A stretch of 64,000 nt of DNA from Octopus sinensis (GCF_006345805.1 NC_043002.1:20584001-20648000); one strand, 5' to 3'; shown: positions 11,690-26,158, counted from the first letter of the stretch. Made by a program: numbers and translations. The notes: a model not told the origin generated them from the sequence alone.

Positions 11690-13195
11690 GTCTGTTTGTA
11701 TCTCTGGCAGAACATAAACTCCTTATAGCAATCTTCCAATGCATGTTATCCAATGTTTTCTTTTCTCTTGTTTTTATGTTATCTATTTCACCTGTCATTT
11801 CTTCTCTATCAATCTCACATATGTAATCCCCGAGGGTCCTGCTTTCCTTTCCTATTCTGGATTCCATTCCAATGTTTGCTTTGCCAAACATTATTCTGGT
11901 TTTTCTAATGTAACGCCTGTCTATCTCCACTTACGTATTCCTATTTGTCAGTCAAATAGTTCCTGCTTGGTTCTGCATCAGAGGTATTTGTGGCTCAAAA
12001 TTTACCGATATCTAATGTTTAAGATATTTCTGGATGTTTGGAGTCTTCCGAACATTCCGAAATACCTTAAAACAACGGCAATTAGCGGCGAACATATTCA
12101 TTCGCCACTAATTGCCTTTATATAGTAAGACAGATTTGGCGTTACTATTAAAAATTTGCAGTTGAATACTTCTAGACTCTTTGTTTTCTAGACAAGCATT
12201 AAACCGTTGGAGCTTGAATCGCTTTTCCAAGTTATGATTTGTACCGCTTCGTTGTTTAGTACCGCTTCGTTTTGTTTTGTACCGCTTCGTTCTGTTTTGT
12301 ACCGCTTCGTTCTGTTTTGTACCGCTAGTTCTGGATATTTGGTCTCCTAGATACATAAAACATTCCATTTCATTCAACATATGACTTTTTCTTTTTTGCT
12401 ACCGTGAGAAAGCCAAGGTCATCGCTTTCAATCTTCTTGATCTCTGTATTTCAACATTAAGCCCCGATCTGGCTTTCACTAGTGTATCTGTTAGTCAAGC
12501 TGTCTTTTTCTGTGTGTCTACAACATTCTTAAATATCAGACAATTGTCGTCCGTAAGTCTAGATCCTTCAGCATCTAGATTTTACGCCCTTTTTTTGTTT
12601 ACGTAGTGTAACTTCACCTAGTGAATCGCCTTCAAGCAGATCATTAGTTTATTATAATCATCCATTCTTTATTCCTGTTTTTATTTTGAAAATCTCCCAT
12701 TACATATTACTTGACAATGGGTATCTTTGTAGATATCAATGAGCGTAATGGGGATTCCACAGCGGTGGAGTAGACCCCCAAGTCACCTTCCTACCAACAA
12801 AATTGAAAGCTTTTTTTAAACTCGATTGTTAGAAGATGATCCAGGGTGTAAGAATATGGTCAATACAAGGCTTATCCTTCCTAATTCCTGCTTGTTGTGC
12901 CCTTGACATCTGTTCGACAGCATTTTTCGATCTGTCAAAAACGATCCTGTAAGTACCTTGCTGGCTATTGATACATGATCTTATACCAGTTTTTTCACTC
13001 GCTAAGATCTTGCTTTGCTTGTTGCTTGATAGTTTTGCTTCTATTCAGTGGGTACTTTGCTTTGCCCTTTTGTCTTCTCTAGTGTGATAGGGTGGGGGCT
13101 CCCAAGTCAATGGAGGGGTAGATATCCTCTCACGGGACTTTGAACAAGGTTCCATATGGATCTGCAGCCTTTTCTGTTTTTCAGTACCTTTAGGG
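11690..13195 (-). mobile_element. Decayed RTE-type LINE covering the RT domain to the 3' end
   Basis: Ordered, frameshifted motifs: QAGIRKDKPCIDHILT (QAGFR), DLD(FA)DD, CFMYLGDQIS, IFNSNAKSVLLY, QTLEWNPE*ERKAGP, WKIAIRSLCS. Confidence 0.85.
12238..12326. repeat. 20-bp minisatellite (about 5 units, GTACCGCTTCGTTCTGTTTT) inside the RTE LINE
   Basis: Units at 12241, 12259, 12279, 12299 and 12319. Confidence 0.9.
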
Positions 13196-13226
13196 TATGC
13201 ACGCACACACACACAAACACACACCA

Positions 13227-13299
<73 letters not shown>

Positions 13300-13559
13300 G
13301 TATTCAAGTTCTAGCAATTAGTTTCATGCTGTGAAAACACTATAATCTGACAAGCTTATATAACATGTCGTGTGGGCCCAAACAATCTTATAGTGTTTTC
13401 ACAGCATGGAATTAATAGTAGCTCGAATTTAACTATTATGTATATTAAATGATATTTATCTCTCACTGGATGGAAAACTTTTTTGTTGATATCACTAACG
13501 GAACAGTAAATTATATATGCGATGATGTAGTGATGTGTGCGTGTAAATTATATATATAT

Positions 13560-13593
<34 letters not shown>

Positions 13594-13670
13594 ATATATA
13601 TAAATATTATATATATTATATATAGCATACATATATATTTTATTTTTACATTGCATTATATATATATATA

Positions 13671-13880
13671 CAGGGTGGCCCAAAGCAGGTTTACAGTTAT
13701 TAAACTATCTCTTTCGGAATCATATATTAACAGTTTAGATCTTAATTATAAAAAATAATGAAAACAATATATTCTCTGATAATTAGTTAATTGTAAGATA
13801 GAAATCTAAAATGTAATAAAATGTTTTAAAAGAAGCTTAAAGTGCCTACGTGATAACGAACCTACTTTTGGGCCACTCTG
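13671..13880. mobile_element. Tc1/mariner-type MITE (210 bp)
   Basis: TIRs CAGGGTGGCCCAAAG and CTTTTGGGCCACTCTG, with TA on both sides and an AT-rich interior. Confidence 0.85.
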
Positions 13881-14658
13881 TATGTGTATATATATATTTA
13901 TATATATATATATATACATGGATATGTATGTATATATATATGTATGTATGTATGTATGCATGTATGTATAAATATGCATATGCATGCATACACACACACA
14001 CACACGCAAACACACAGATCAGACAGACAGATAGACAGACAGACACACACACACATACACACACACACAAATCGTAGATCCAATAGGAGGAAGGGGAAGA
14101 ATTTCAACCGTGTTTCGTGGTCTGCTACCACAACAGCTCCTTTATAGGATCCAGTTAGCTCAAGACATAATCAGGAGGAACCACGTCCGGTTTAGGCCCC
14201 TACTCCTCTACCGTTTTGACGTGCCCCCCTCCCTTTCAGAGGTGTCTTCAGCTCTGGTGTTGGGTGCATGTCTTCTTTCTTCTTCTTTCTTCTGTTCCCT
14301 GGCCTCTTCGATGTAGCGTCAACGACTGTCAAATAGAATTTTTTAAAAAATGTACTCCATTCAGTAAGAAATAAATATCAATTTAATATGCATTTCGAAA
14401 GAGTTCCTTATAGTTTCTTGCTTTTACGATGATTTAAATATGCAGATTTATAAAACACGCCATGTATTTCCAACCAATCTTTCAATGTCCGTTTATGCGT
14501 TAGGTATATTTTAAAAACCAGGATGATGGGTAGTAAGAAAATAATAAAAAAAAAAAACGAAAAGAAAAAAACCCACAAATAATGTTGATGCTAAAAATGG
14601 AAAGAGAGGAAAGAAACGAAAGCAAGCAAATCAAGATCCCCGTCCTCCCTGATTGCAG

Positions 14659-14840
14659 AAACCACGATTAATGCAGTTGGAGTACAACAATACAATAGAA
14701 AATATGCCAAAGTCTGTGAAACAGCAATTCAACTCGGAGCTGGTGGTGTACTCCACTTCGACAAAAGAAACTTATCTACGTATTCACACTTGCTAAAAAT
14801 TTCAGATCTGGAATTAAGCAGTGTGGTAGAATTCTTGGAT
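14659..14840 (+). CDS. Candidate coding exon: (E)TTINAVGVQQYNRKYAKVCETAIQLGAGGVLHFDKRNLSTYSHLLKISDLELSSVVEFLD
   Basis: Acceptor cctccctgattgcag| and donor GAT|GTAAGA around 60 open codons in unique sequence. A second frame is also open over much of it, and no homology was recognised. Confidence 0.3.
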
Positions 14841-15269
14841 GTAAGAAATGCAACTTATGTATAGCAGAAAAATCTTATATCCTTGTGTTCTTCTTTATTG
14901 AAATATTTATTTTAGGAGTTTAGTGCAGACTCAAGCACTAAGAGATGGTCTTCCGCCCAGTTTTTGTCTATTGAATTCACTCACATAAAATGGGTCTGCC
15001 CGGAGTTATAGTAGATGACATTTATTCAAAGTACTGCGTACTGAAACCGAAACCTCGTAATTGCAAAGCAAACTTCTTGCCTGCGCAGATTTTTCTTTCC
15101 ATAATTAAACCAATCTATCTCTTAAATATAATTGTAGTACACATTGTGACCCTCAGGTCAAAACATTTTTTACTTTGACTCGTCCTTGTTACACATGTTC
15201 TTGATGAACTGTACAATACATTGGTCTTTACAACAGTTATTACTATTTATCATCATCATCATCATCATC

Positions 15270-15333
<64 letters not shown>

Positions 15334-15334
<1 letters not shown>

Positions 15335-16145
15335 GGCGGTGAACTGGCAGAATCGTTAGCACGCTGGACGAAATGCTTAGCGGTACTATGCCCGTCGCTA
15401 CGTTCTGAGTTCAAATTCCACCAAGGTTGATTTTGCCTTTCATCATTTCGGGGCTGATAAATTAAGTACCAGTGGAATCTGGGATCGATATAATCGACTA
15501 GTCCCCTTTCCCAACACTCTAAATTCAGGTTTTGTGCCTATAGTAGAAAGAAGTATCATTATTATTATCCTCAAGGTGACGATCTAGCAGAATCGTTAGC
15601 ACGCCGAACAAAATGCTCAGCGGCATTTTGTCCGTCTGTACGTTCTGGATTCAAATGGTGCTTAATTTATGGATTCAATGGTGCTTAATTTATGGAAGCT
15701 GAAAGGATGAAAGGCAAAGTCGACCTCAGCGGAATTTGAACTCAGAACATAAAGACAGATGAAATACCTATTTCTTTACTACCCACAAGGGGCTAAACAC
15801 AGAGGGGACAAACAAGGACAGTCAAACGGATTAAGTCGATTATATTAACCCCAGTGCGTAATTGGTACTTATTTAATCGACCCTGAAAGGATGAAAAGCA
15901 AAGTCGACCTCGGCGGATTTTGAACTCAGAACGTAAAGACAGACGAAATACCTATTTCTTTACTACCCACAAGGGGCTAAACATAGAGGGGACAAACAAG
16001 GACAGACAAACGGATTAAGTCGATTATATCGACTCCAGTGCGTAACTGGTACTTATTTAATCGACCCCGAAAGGATGAAAGGCAAAGTCGACCTCGGCGG
16101 AATTTGAACTCAGAACGTAGCGGCAAACGAAACATCGCCAAGCAT
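15334..16145. mobile_element. Cluster of family A SINEs: two + copies, then three head-to-tail - units (about 185-bp period)
   Basis: GAAAGGATGAAA(G/A)GCAAAGTCGACCTC recurs at about 15701, 15886 and 16070. Confidence 0.85.
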
Positions 16146-16156
16146 TTCGTCCGGCG

Positions 16157-16474
16157 TGGAGGTGCAATGGCCCAGTGGTTAGGGAGGCGGACTCGCAGTT
16201 GTAGGATCGCGGTTTCGATTCCCAGACCGGGCGTTGCGAGTGTTTATTGAGCGAAAACACCTAAAAGCTGCACGAGGCTCCGGCAGGGGGTGGTGGCGAT
16301 TCCTGCTATACTCTTTCGCCTCGCCACAACTTTCTTTGACTCTTTCTTCTGTCGGCCTGCTCGCTTAGCCAGCGGGATGGTGTCATCCAAAGGCTAAAAC
16401 AATGCGAAGCGCATTGTGACCAGCGATGTGTAGCAACATCTGATAGCCTGGTCGATCACGGTGATCACGGTGAT
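16157..16474 (+). mobile_element. tRNA-derived SINE, family C
   Basis: TGGCCCAGTGGTTAG A box, GGTTTCGATTCC B box, tail GATCACGGTGATCACGGTGAT. Homologous to 19333-19623. Confidence 0.85.
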
Positions 16475-16735
16475 ATCTATGTATATATCTAAAGAGTGTC
16501 TTTCTCTTTCTTTTTTATCTTAGTTTGTCTCTCTAATCTACATTTATTTTACATTAAAATGTTTCGTTGAATAATTTATTTTTTGAACAACCATTCTTAC
16601 AAACTAAATTTATTTGTCTTAAAGGCTTCTTCTCTCGCAGTTTTGTTTTTTCATTTCCTTTTCAATTTTATTTAAGCAATCAAGAAATAAAGCAATCAAG
16701 AAACAAAAATGGAGAAAGAGCGAGAGGGAGAGATC

Positions 16736-16766
<31 letters not shown>

Positions 16767-17408
16767 CAAGAGAGAGAGAGAGAGAGAAAGAGAGAGAAGT
16801 GTGAAAGAGAATCAAAGAATCTGATGGAATTTCGCATATATATATATATATAATAATTATATATATATACATATATATACCAACTCTCTCTCACACACAC
16901 TTCTCTCTCACAAACTCTCTCTCTATATATACACACACATATATATATATTATAATATATATATATATATATATATATGCCACACTCACATGCACATATA
17001 CACATATACAAACATGCTAACATACATACATAAAACAAAAACATACGTGCATACATATATATTTGCTAATATGTACATACATACACACACACAAACACAG
17101 AGAAAAGAAAGCAGAGTTGAGGCTAAAGGAAGACAGAAAAGCCAACAAACTTCATTCCATCCAATACGGTGAACAATGGCGGGGCGAGAGTTAAGATTTT
17201 TGCAAGACTATTAACTAAATGAAACAATTGACTAAATGCAATTGTTTTTATAAACAATTAAATATATGAATGTGCGTGTGTATATGTGTATGCGTGTTTG
17301 TAACTTTGTCAGTATATATATATGTTTGCTTGCAAGTACTTATGCCACACGTGTGCGTATGTAATTACATTGTAATGTGTGCATGCACACACGATGATGT
17401 GTACGTTA

Positions 17409-17440
<32 letters not shown>

Positions 17441-17589
17441 CATACGTACATATGTATATATATATATATATCTGTTTGTGTATATATACATATATATACA
17501 TACAGCATATATATATTTATACATATATACATACACACATATATTATATATACATATATGTGTATATATATATATACATATATATATAT

Positions 17590-17657
<68 letters not shown>

Positions 17658-17814
17658 CACAGAAACACATACAAACCCACATATACATACCTACATAATC
17701 TACATACATACCTATGTATATACACACAAATACGCACACATACGCACATATATACACACATATATATCCCTGTCCCCCCCCCTTTTCGTTGGTACGGGTG
17801 TAGCAAATAAGTCG

Positions 17815-17886
<72 letters not shown>

Positions 17887-18540
17887 CTATGTATGTATAT
17901 ATATATATATATATAATATATATATAATAGATTATATATCTTGTATATATATAAATATATTATATATATATATATATATATGTATATTATAGTATAATAT
18001 ATATGAAGAGCTTTTCAAACCAATGAAAGTCCCTGCTGTCTGCCACACACACAAGTAACTGTGATGTCTCTACATTTAGACAGCTGCCACATGGCATTAC
18101 CTCACGATTCCATTAACTTTTTTGTTTCTCCTGCCTTCATTCAGTTTTTGGTACCTTTTTCTTCCTTTCTATAACCATGTTGAAAGAACTTGATAATAGC
18201 AATGGTGACGGCGACAGCAGTGGTAGTAGTGGTGTCAGTGGTGATGATGGTGGTGGTGGTGGTGGTGGTGGTGGCTGTAGTGCTGCTGACGATGATCTGG
18301 ATTTTATTTAGCCCCAGGTCAGCTCTGACTAACCGCTTACGATCAAAAGCACTCCAACCATAACCATCCTTTGTTTTTGAGACATACATTTGTACGTGCT
18401 TAAGCACTAATATACATCTGCACATTCTTTCTCTCTTTCACACACACGTGCGCGCGCGCGTATACGCACTCATGCATGCGTACTCATACACATTCATGCA
18501 GCACACTCAGGCACACGAATATATATATATATACATTAAA

Positions 18541-18768
18541 AGGCGGCGAGCTGGCAGAAACGTTAGCACGCCGGGCGAAATGCTTTGTGGTATTTCGTCT
18601 GTCGTTACGTTCTGAGTTCAAATTCCGCCGAGGTCGACTTTGCCTTTCATCCTTCCGGGGTCGATAAATAAAGTACCAGTTTCGCACTGGGGTCGATGTA
18701 ATCGGCTTAATCCGTTTGTCTGTCCTTGTTTGTCCCCTCTATGTTTAGCCCCTTGTGGGTAATAGAGA
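18541..18768 (+). mobile_element. Family A SINE
   Basis: Near-consensus full-length copy. Confidence 0.9.
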
Positions 18769-18825
18769 AATATATATATATATATATACATTATCTTGTC
18801 TGTCTTTATGTTCTGAGATCAAATT

Positions 18826-19312
18826 CCCTCCTCACCTGCTCCAAGGAAGGCCAAGGTCGTTTCATTTGTTGGGAAAGCGGCGGCCTCATTCGTTTTGCTT
18901 ATAGACTATCTTTAAAAGGGCCACATCATCAATGGAGAATGGCATACCAACTTGCTGAGGCATTTTACGAAAGGGTATCAAGACCTGACCCCCCAGGAAA
19001 ACTGACGAAAGAGTTCTTGTTTCATCATGACAATGCTCAAGTACACAAGACCATGGCTTCAATGGCTGCTGTGCGTGACTGTGGGTGATCAGCCTCCCTA
19101 TTCTCCTTTTGACTATCATCTGTTCGCCAATATGGAAAAAATCTGCTGTTGATGACTTTTTTGATCAACAAGGATGAAAGCTTCTTCACCAATGGGACCC
19201 AGACACTGCAACACTGATGGAAGAAATGTGTGGATTGCAAGGGGGACTATTTAAAAAAATAAACCTCATTTGGTTACATTCCAAGTGATGAACTTTCCAG
19301 CCAACCTTTGTA
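18826..19312 (+). mobile_element. Mariner transposase remnant (C-terminal half) with 3' TIR
   Basis: RKAKVV...IDYL*KG...FLFHHDNAQVHKT...PPYSP...DYHLF...KKCVDCKGDY. It ends in a TIR-like GAACTTTCCAGCCAACC followed by TA. Confidence 0.85.
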
Positions 19313-19332
19313 TGTGTGTATATCTTCAATGG

Positions 19333-19623
19333 TGGAGGCGCAAAGTGGTTAGGGCAGCGTGCTCGCGGTCGTAGGATCGCGGTTTCGATTCCCAGATCGG
19401 GCGTTGTGAGTGTTTATTGAGCGAAAACACCTAAATCTCCACAAGGGTGGCGATCCCTGCTGTACTCTTTCGCCACAACTTTCTCTCACTCTTTCTTCTG
19501 TTGGCCTGCTCGCTTAGCCAGCGGGGTGGCGTCATTTGAAGGTTAAAACAATGCGAAGCGCATTGTGACCAGCGATGTGTAGCAACATCTGATAGCCTGG
19601 TCGGTCACGGTAATCACGGTGAT
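19333..19623 (+). mobile_element. Family C SINE with a 12-bp TSD
   Basis: ATATCTTCAATG at 19320-19331 and 19622-19633. Confidence 0.9.
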
Positions 19624-20258
19624 ATCTTCAATGAGTAATGTCATGTTGAATACATACATATATTTAAACACACACACATACACACGAGCGTGCACACACA
19701 CATTACAATCCTTTCGATCTTTTGTGGATGACCAGAGATAGAAACGGACGTGGTGCAACTTTTTTTAACTAAAAAACATGAAGCGTAACACTTGTTTTGT
19801 ATTGAGTGCTTCATATGAAGATAATTCATTTCGATTGAACTAATTTTAGCGAAGTAAAATTTATGTACGCTACATATATGTGTTTGTGTGTGTTTCTGTG
19901 TACATGTGTGTGTGTGGTGTGTGTGTGTGTGTGTGGTAATTACGTGTACATACGAGTAGTACCTAACATACGATTATCTTCCTCTGACAACATGCTATCA
20001 AACACGACCAGAACCTCCTTTTCCATTCAGGTTCCCTCCCAAAGCTTGTCCAGGACGCTACGTTACGGGATCGAACCTAAGATCTCGTGATTGCGAAGCG
20101 GACTCCTTAACGACTCTGCAAGCCTCTACTCATACTCATGCGCCTCTAACGCACGCAAACACATTCATACACTCATTCATGCAACATATTGCCCCGCGTA
20201 GGTACATATACATACACGCTATGTGTTAGGATGTGCATAGGAGTATGTATATGTTTTA

Positions 20259-20336
<78 letters not shown>

Positions 20337-21029
20337 ATATATATAATATATTATATAATATATGTATATCAAAACATATATATACACAAACCTCACACAT
20401 GCACACATACGTGCAACACGTTCGCAAGCACGCAAGCACGCACACACATACACGCATACAAACGCGCACGCTTACACATACATGCATACACACTCACACA
20501 TTCACACACGCATACACAATTGCTAGCAAACAAACGTATACACACACACATACACACACACACACAAATACAGACGCGCGCGCGAACAGTTTTAATCTTT
20601 TAGATTTGATTAATGAAGCAAAAGCGCAGGAAAAATTGCCAAATATTTAACAACTCTGATGATATTAATGTTTTCAATTAGGTCAGCTGTTAGAGGTCAG
20701 AGGTCAGAAGTCAGAGGTTAAATTCCCCTTGAGGCAAGACATTTTAGAAATGCATAGTTTTTTTTTTTGTTTTACTTCTTTTTAATCTGAAACGGTCAAG
20801 TGGAAAAGAGATCTTTCACCGCCTTCACCTTGTTGTATGAGTATGTATATATATAAGTGTATGTATGTAGAGAGACAGGCGTAGTGGTGTTGTTAAGAAG
20901 CTTGCTTTGCAACCGCATGGATTTAGGTTCGGTTCCACTGTGCGGCATCTTAGGCAAGTGTCTTCTACAATAGCCCCGGATCGACTAATTCCTTTTCAGT
21001 GAATCTGATAGACGGAAACTGTGTAAAAG

Positions 21030-21390
21030 ATATATATTCTTTTACTTGTTTCAGTCATTTGACTGCGGCCATGCTGGAGCACCGCCTTTTAGTCGAACAA
21101 ATCGACTCCAGGACTTATTCTTTGTAAGCCTGGTACTTATTCTATCGGTCTCTTGCCGAACCACTAAGTTACGGGGACATAAGCACACTAGCATCGGTTG
21201 TCAAGTGATGGTGAGGAGGCAAACACACACACACACACACACACTTATACACACACATATGTATATATACGACGGGCTTCTTTCAGTTTCCGTCTACCAA
21301 ATCCACTCACAAGGCTTTGGTCAGCCCGAGACAATAGTAGAAGACAGTTACGCAAGTTGCTACGCAGTGGGACTGAACCCGAAACTTTTA
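21030..21390 (-). mobile_element. Family B SINE
   Basis: CTTTTACTTGTTTCAGTCATTTGACTGCGGCCATGCTGGAGCACCGCC tail on +. Confidence 0.85.
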
Positions 21391-21514
21391 TAGCAAGTTG
21401 ATGCAGGTAGTCTTTGCCGTCTCCCTCTGACTTTTAGTTCATGCAGTTGAAAAAACCGCATTATTTATGAGATGACCCAATATAGACATATATATATATA
21501 TATATATATATATC

Positions 21515-21555
<41 letters not shown>

Positions 21556-21590
21556 ATCTTTTTGTCTGTATGTATGTATATGTATGTATA

Positions 21591-21626
<36 letters not shown>

Positions 21627-24600
21627 TGTATGTATGTATGTATGTATGTATGTATGCATGCATGTGTATATATGCATGTGTGTGCATGGATGTATGTATC
21701 TTTTACTTGCGGCCATGTTGGGGCACTACCTTGAAAATTTTTAGTCGAATGAATCGACAGCAGAATTTATGTTTTAAAGCCAGGTACTTATTCTATCAGT
21801 TTCTTTTGCCGAACCGTTTAGTTACTGTGACGTACACAAGCACCGTTTGTCAAACGGGTGGTAGACACACGCATACACTCAAACACACGCACACACACAC
21901 TAAATTATCACGAAGCTCAGAGGAAATTCTTTCTAAATTTGGCAGAAGGTCACCAATTTTGAGAGGATTGGACCCCAATGGTCAACTGATACTCCTATTG
22001 TCAAGTTTGAGAGATAAAAGGCAAAGTTGACTTGATTGGAGCATGAGCTCATAAAGTAAAGAGCCGGAGAAAATGCCGCTAGGAATTTTGTCCGGCGCGG
22101 TAACGAATCTGACGGTTTGCTGCCTTTGGCCTACTGGAAATTAATAAAAGAAAAAAAAACTGTAAAGAAACGTAACTGGTCCACAATTGTCTCCATACAA
22201 AAGCCATTTCTAAACTGTTGTAGGCACACCATTAAAAATATATCTTTAACTTGAATTAGTCGGAGAAGAATCTTTTCCACCCATTCCTCCTCTACTGGTC
22301 CTCAAACTTGATATCTGCTCCGGAAGCTTGCAAATCAGTAGACTCCACTAAAGTACTCGGGAACCACGTGGTTAGGTTTAAATCAGGCAACAGATGGAGT
22401 CTGCCACTCAAGAACATGTGCAATTTCTGATTATTAAATTTCCCTTATAAGTCTTTAGTCGATTCGCGGTTATGATAAAAGACACATGTTTAACGTGTCA
22501 CGTAGCGGAATTGAATCGCAATTCATGTAGCTGTAAATCCATATTAGCGCTCACAAATACCAGTTAAAAGAGAAGCATATAGTGTTCTTTAATACTATCC
22601 CCTTGCACAAGGAGTAGTAACTGTTATTCTTTTCTTCGAGCTCTAGGATACATAAGACCAACCGGTTATACGGTTTTCATTGTGAATAAGGGATCGAGAT
22701 CAGAATATTACTCTCGAACGGGAAGGGGCAAGTCGATTACATTGACTCTTTTACTTGATTGGTACTTTATTTGGTCGAAGCCGAAGGGACGAAAAGTAAA
22801 GTTAGCTTTGGAGAAATTTGAACTCGGATCTTGTCTTCCTCATTCGCAAAATGAGTCCCCTCTTAATTTTGCTCAGATTACTTTCAATTTTGGTGAATCG
22901 ATGCAACTCAACTCTGAATTTTTATTACGATCACCCAATTACTTTATCTCGTAAATTAAAGAATCTGATGTTATTTCGAATTGAAGTTGGGAAATTTGGG
23001 AAATTTTAGCCAATTAACAGACAGCGTGGCATTAGCAGCATGTTACCATGACAACCGCATGCTGTGTTGTGGTTTACTGTTGTCTATGTTGATTTTTCAT
23101 ACTTGATTCTTCACACCACCAGATTCTTTTCACCCGCGTGTTTTCTTTTAATTTTTCTGTGTGTTAGTTTATTACATATTTTTCTGTACTTTTTTTTCCT
23201 GCGTGTTAATATTTTTACATATTTTTCATTTCATATATTTTTGGGACTCATTGGACTCAGCTGGATTTATGATTTCACTAGGTTAATTCTGTTCACAAAA
23301 ATGTTAAACCGTTAGCTTCACATTTCAGCAGCTTAACTAAAATTTAACCCACGTAACAGGAAAGGATATCGTGGAACAGAGAAACAGTGGGTGATACAGA
23401 TAATTTGATATTATTTTTGAATTCTGCATGCAAAAGCGTTTAAGATACAGGTATTCTTTTCCTTGGGACAAATTCTTTGTTGACCAGTGTTATTCTTATC
23501 GTAGTTTACAAATACAAGCATGAAAACGTTACTCAACTTTGGAGTTTTGGAGACACACACCACACACACACAAGAATGCATAAATGTACATATAAAATTA
23601 TATATGAATACATACATACACACGCACTTATATATTAATGATATACACAAATACATGACAGGTGTACATAATACTGAAATACGCATAAAGTAAACTCATG
23701 CAGGCAAATATATATTAATATAACAAATTAAAACAAATAATAAAACCATGCAATCAATGAAGAGACAAGAAACAGTAAGATGATACATGTTGATTTTATT
23801 AGGTATTTCTGTTTATTTAAAAACCTGCAATAAACAGGTCAGACTCTAAACTATAAATTTCACAGGGTACAACCTTTAAGTTAACACCGCTCCACTAAAC
23901 GCAGAAAATTTCTGTCTTGCGATTGGCTAACAATACACAGTTTTTTTTTCGATTTTTAAACCTCTGTAACTTTTTTTCTCCATTTTTTCCTCCAGAACAT
24001 CTTATCTTCAAAGCAATGAGACTGGAAGGCTACATTATTATAGCCGATTTTCAGATTTTTTTTACTTCCTTTTAAAAAATTCATATTTTGCAAATGAAAT
24101 AAACTAGATCCTTGAACTCTTAACCAAACTATCGGAATTAATGTCACATAAAAGATGATATGTTACCTGCTTTAAATAGAATGAACTTGAACTCCTAACA
24201 TACCCTCATATTTCTGAACAGTTCTTAAAACTTAGCCAAATTCCGTCGAATTATATTTCCAAAAATTTCATTTAAAGTGTCAAAAAAATATAAAAAATGA
24301 AGAAAAGACGCTCGTCTTATTCATAAGGGGAAAAGCAGTGCAGATATCATACATTACAGTCTTATCTCTCTGACTCTATATATCAGCAAGGCTGTGCAAG
24401 TAATTATTAGTGGTAAACAGATAAGGTTCTGATCACTTGCTAAGTGCTATTCAGCATGGTTTCCATCTGTGTAGAGACTGCTTTACACAGCTACTGCTAC
24501 TGCATCATCAGTAAATATCATCAGCTGGTCAAATGTAGAAACGATATAACTAGATTCTGTGAAGGTTTTCAATTAGAATGAACATGAGTCAGAGTGGTCT

Positions 24601-25489
24601 AAAGTTAGTCACCGCTTGGTGCCGTTTGGAAAACTAAGAGAATAGTTATATATGTGTTCAAGGGACGTAAATCAGTTATTGTAGTCAACAGCATCCATCG
24701 AGAAATGCCAACGTTTCTCAGAGGAGTGACCCGAGAAGCTCTTTTGAGGCTAATTAACGTTTAGAACAGATATCTCAGATATAATCTCAGTTATTAGAAC
24801 AATCATCTTACTTTAAAAATTAGTCAAGTTATCATGATCTGAAAATCCTATTGAATGTCAAGCGAGCTAATTAAAAATACTCGCAGTTAATAATGGTTTC
24901 AAATTTTAGCACAAGGCCAGCAATTACGTCGGAGGAGGTCAGTCGATTGTGTCGACTCCAGAACTCAACTAGTACTTATTTTATCGACCTTGAAGGACAA
25001 AAGGCAAAGACCCCGGTGGCATTTCAACTCAGAACGTAAAGACGGACGAAATGCCGCTAAGTATTTTGTCCGGCGTGCAAACGATTCTGCCAGCTCACCT
25101 CATTACTTGCAATTAATAATGCTGGAAAAGTTACTGCCATTTCTTTATCGACTCCTTAATACATTTTAAACGGGTGTCCAATGCCCGAAGAATTGATGGG
25201 AATCTAAGAATCGAAACTTGGGCATTTTAATGAGTTATGAAGCATCATTTCATTCGTATAATACCAAGAATAATATTAAGATTGGTATCAACGTGTATAC
25301 AAGCTTGAGAGCATTTCGAGCACAAGTAACACTAGTTCTGTGGAAGAGATTTAGTTTCGTGAGATAAAACACTGGCATTTTTATACCACAATAATTCATT
25401 CATGGGAATATGTACCAATCGTTTCAACCGATACGTAGGCATGTGGTGTGTGTGTGTGGTATTTGTACGTATACATATATTTATGTATT

Positions 25490-25689
25490 TTATTCTTTTA
25501 CTTGTTTCAGTCATTTGACTGTGGCCATGCTGGAGCACTGCCTTTAGTCGAGCAAATCGACCCCGGACTTATTCTTTGTAAGCCTAGTACTTATTTTATC
25601 GGTCTCTTTTGTCGAACTGGTAAGTTACGGGGACGTAAACACACAAGCATCGGTTGTCAAGCGATGTTAGGAGGATAAACACAGACACA

Positions 25690-25735
<46 letters not shown>

Positions 25736-25904
25736 TATATACATATATACGACGGGCTTCTTTCAGTTTCCGCCTACCAAATCCACTTACAACGCTTTGG
25801 TCGGCCCAAGACTATAGTAGAAGACACTTGGTCAAGGTTCCACGCAGTGGGACTGAACCCGGGACCATGTGGTTCGTAAGCAAGCTACTTACCACACAGC
25901 TACT

Positions 25905-25908
<4 letters not shown>
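25490..25908 (-). mobile_element. Family B SINE
   Basis: Full-length, near consensus. Confidence 0.9.
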
Positions 25909-25957
<49 letters not shown>

Positions 25958-26158
25958 GTGTGTGTTGTGTGTGTGTGGTGTGCGCGTGTGAGTAATAATA
26001 TATAATAATAATAATAATAATAATATATATATATATATAGATGTATGTATATATATATATTATAATATATATATATATATAAATATATATATATAGATAT
26101 GTGTATATATATAATATATATTATGTATATATATATAGTATATATTGTATATATATAT

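Noticed and set aside
16157-16235. tRNA-like heads with A and B boxes here and at many other loci
   Set aside because: They continue into shared SINE bodies and I see no complete cloverleaf, so they are not called as tRNA genes.
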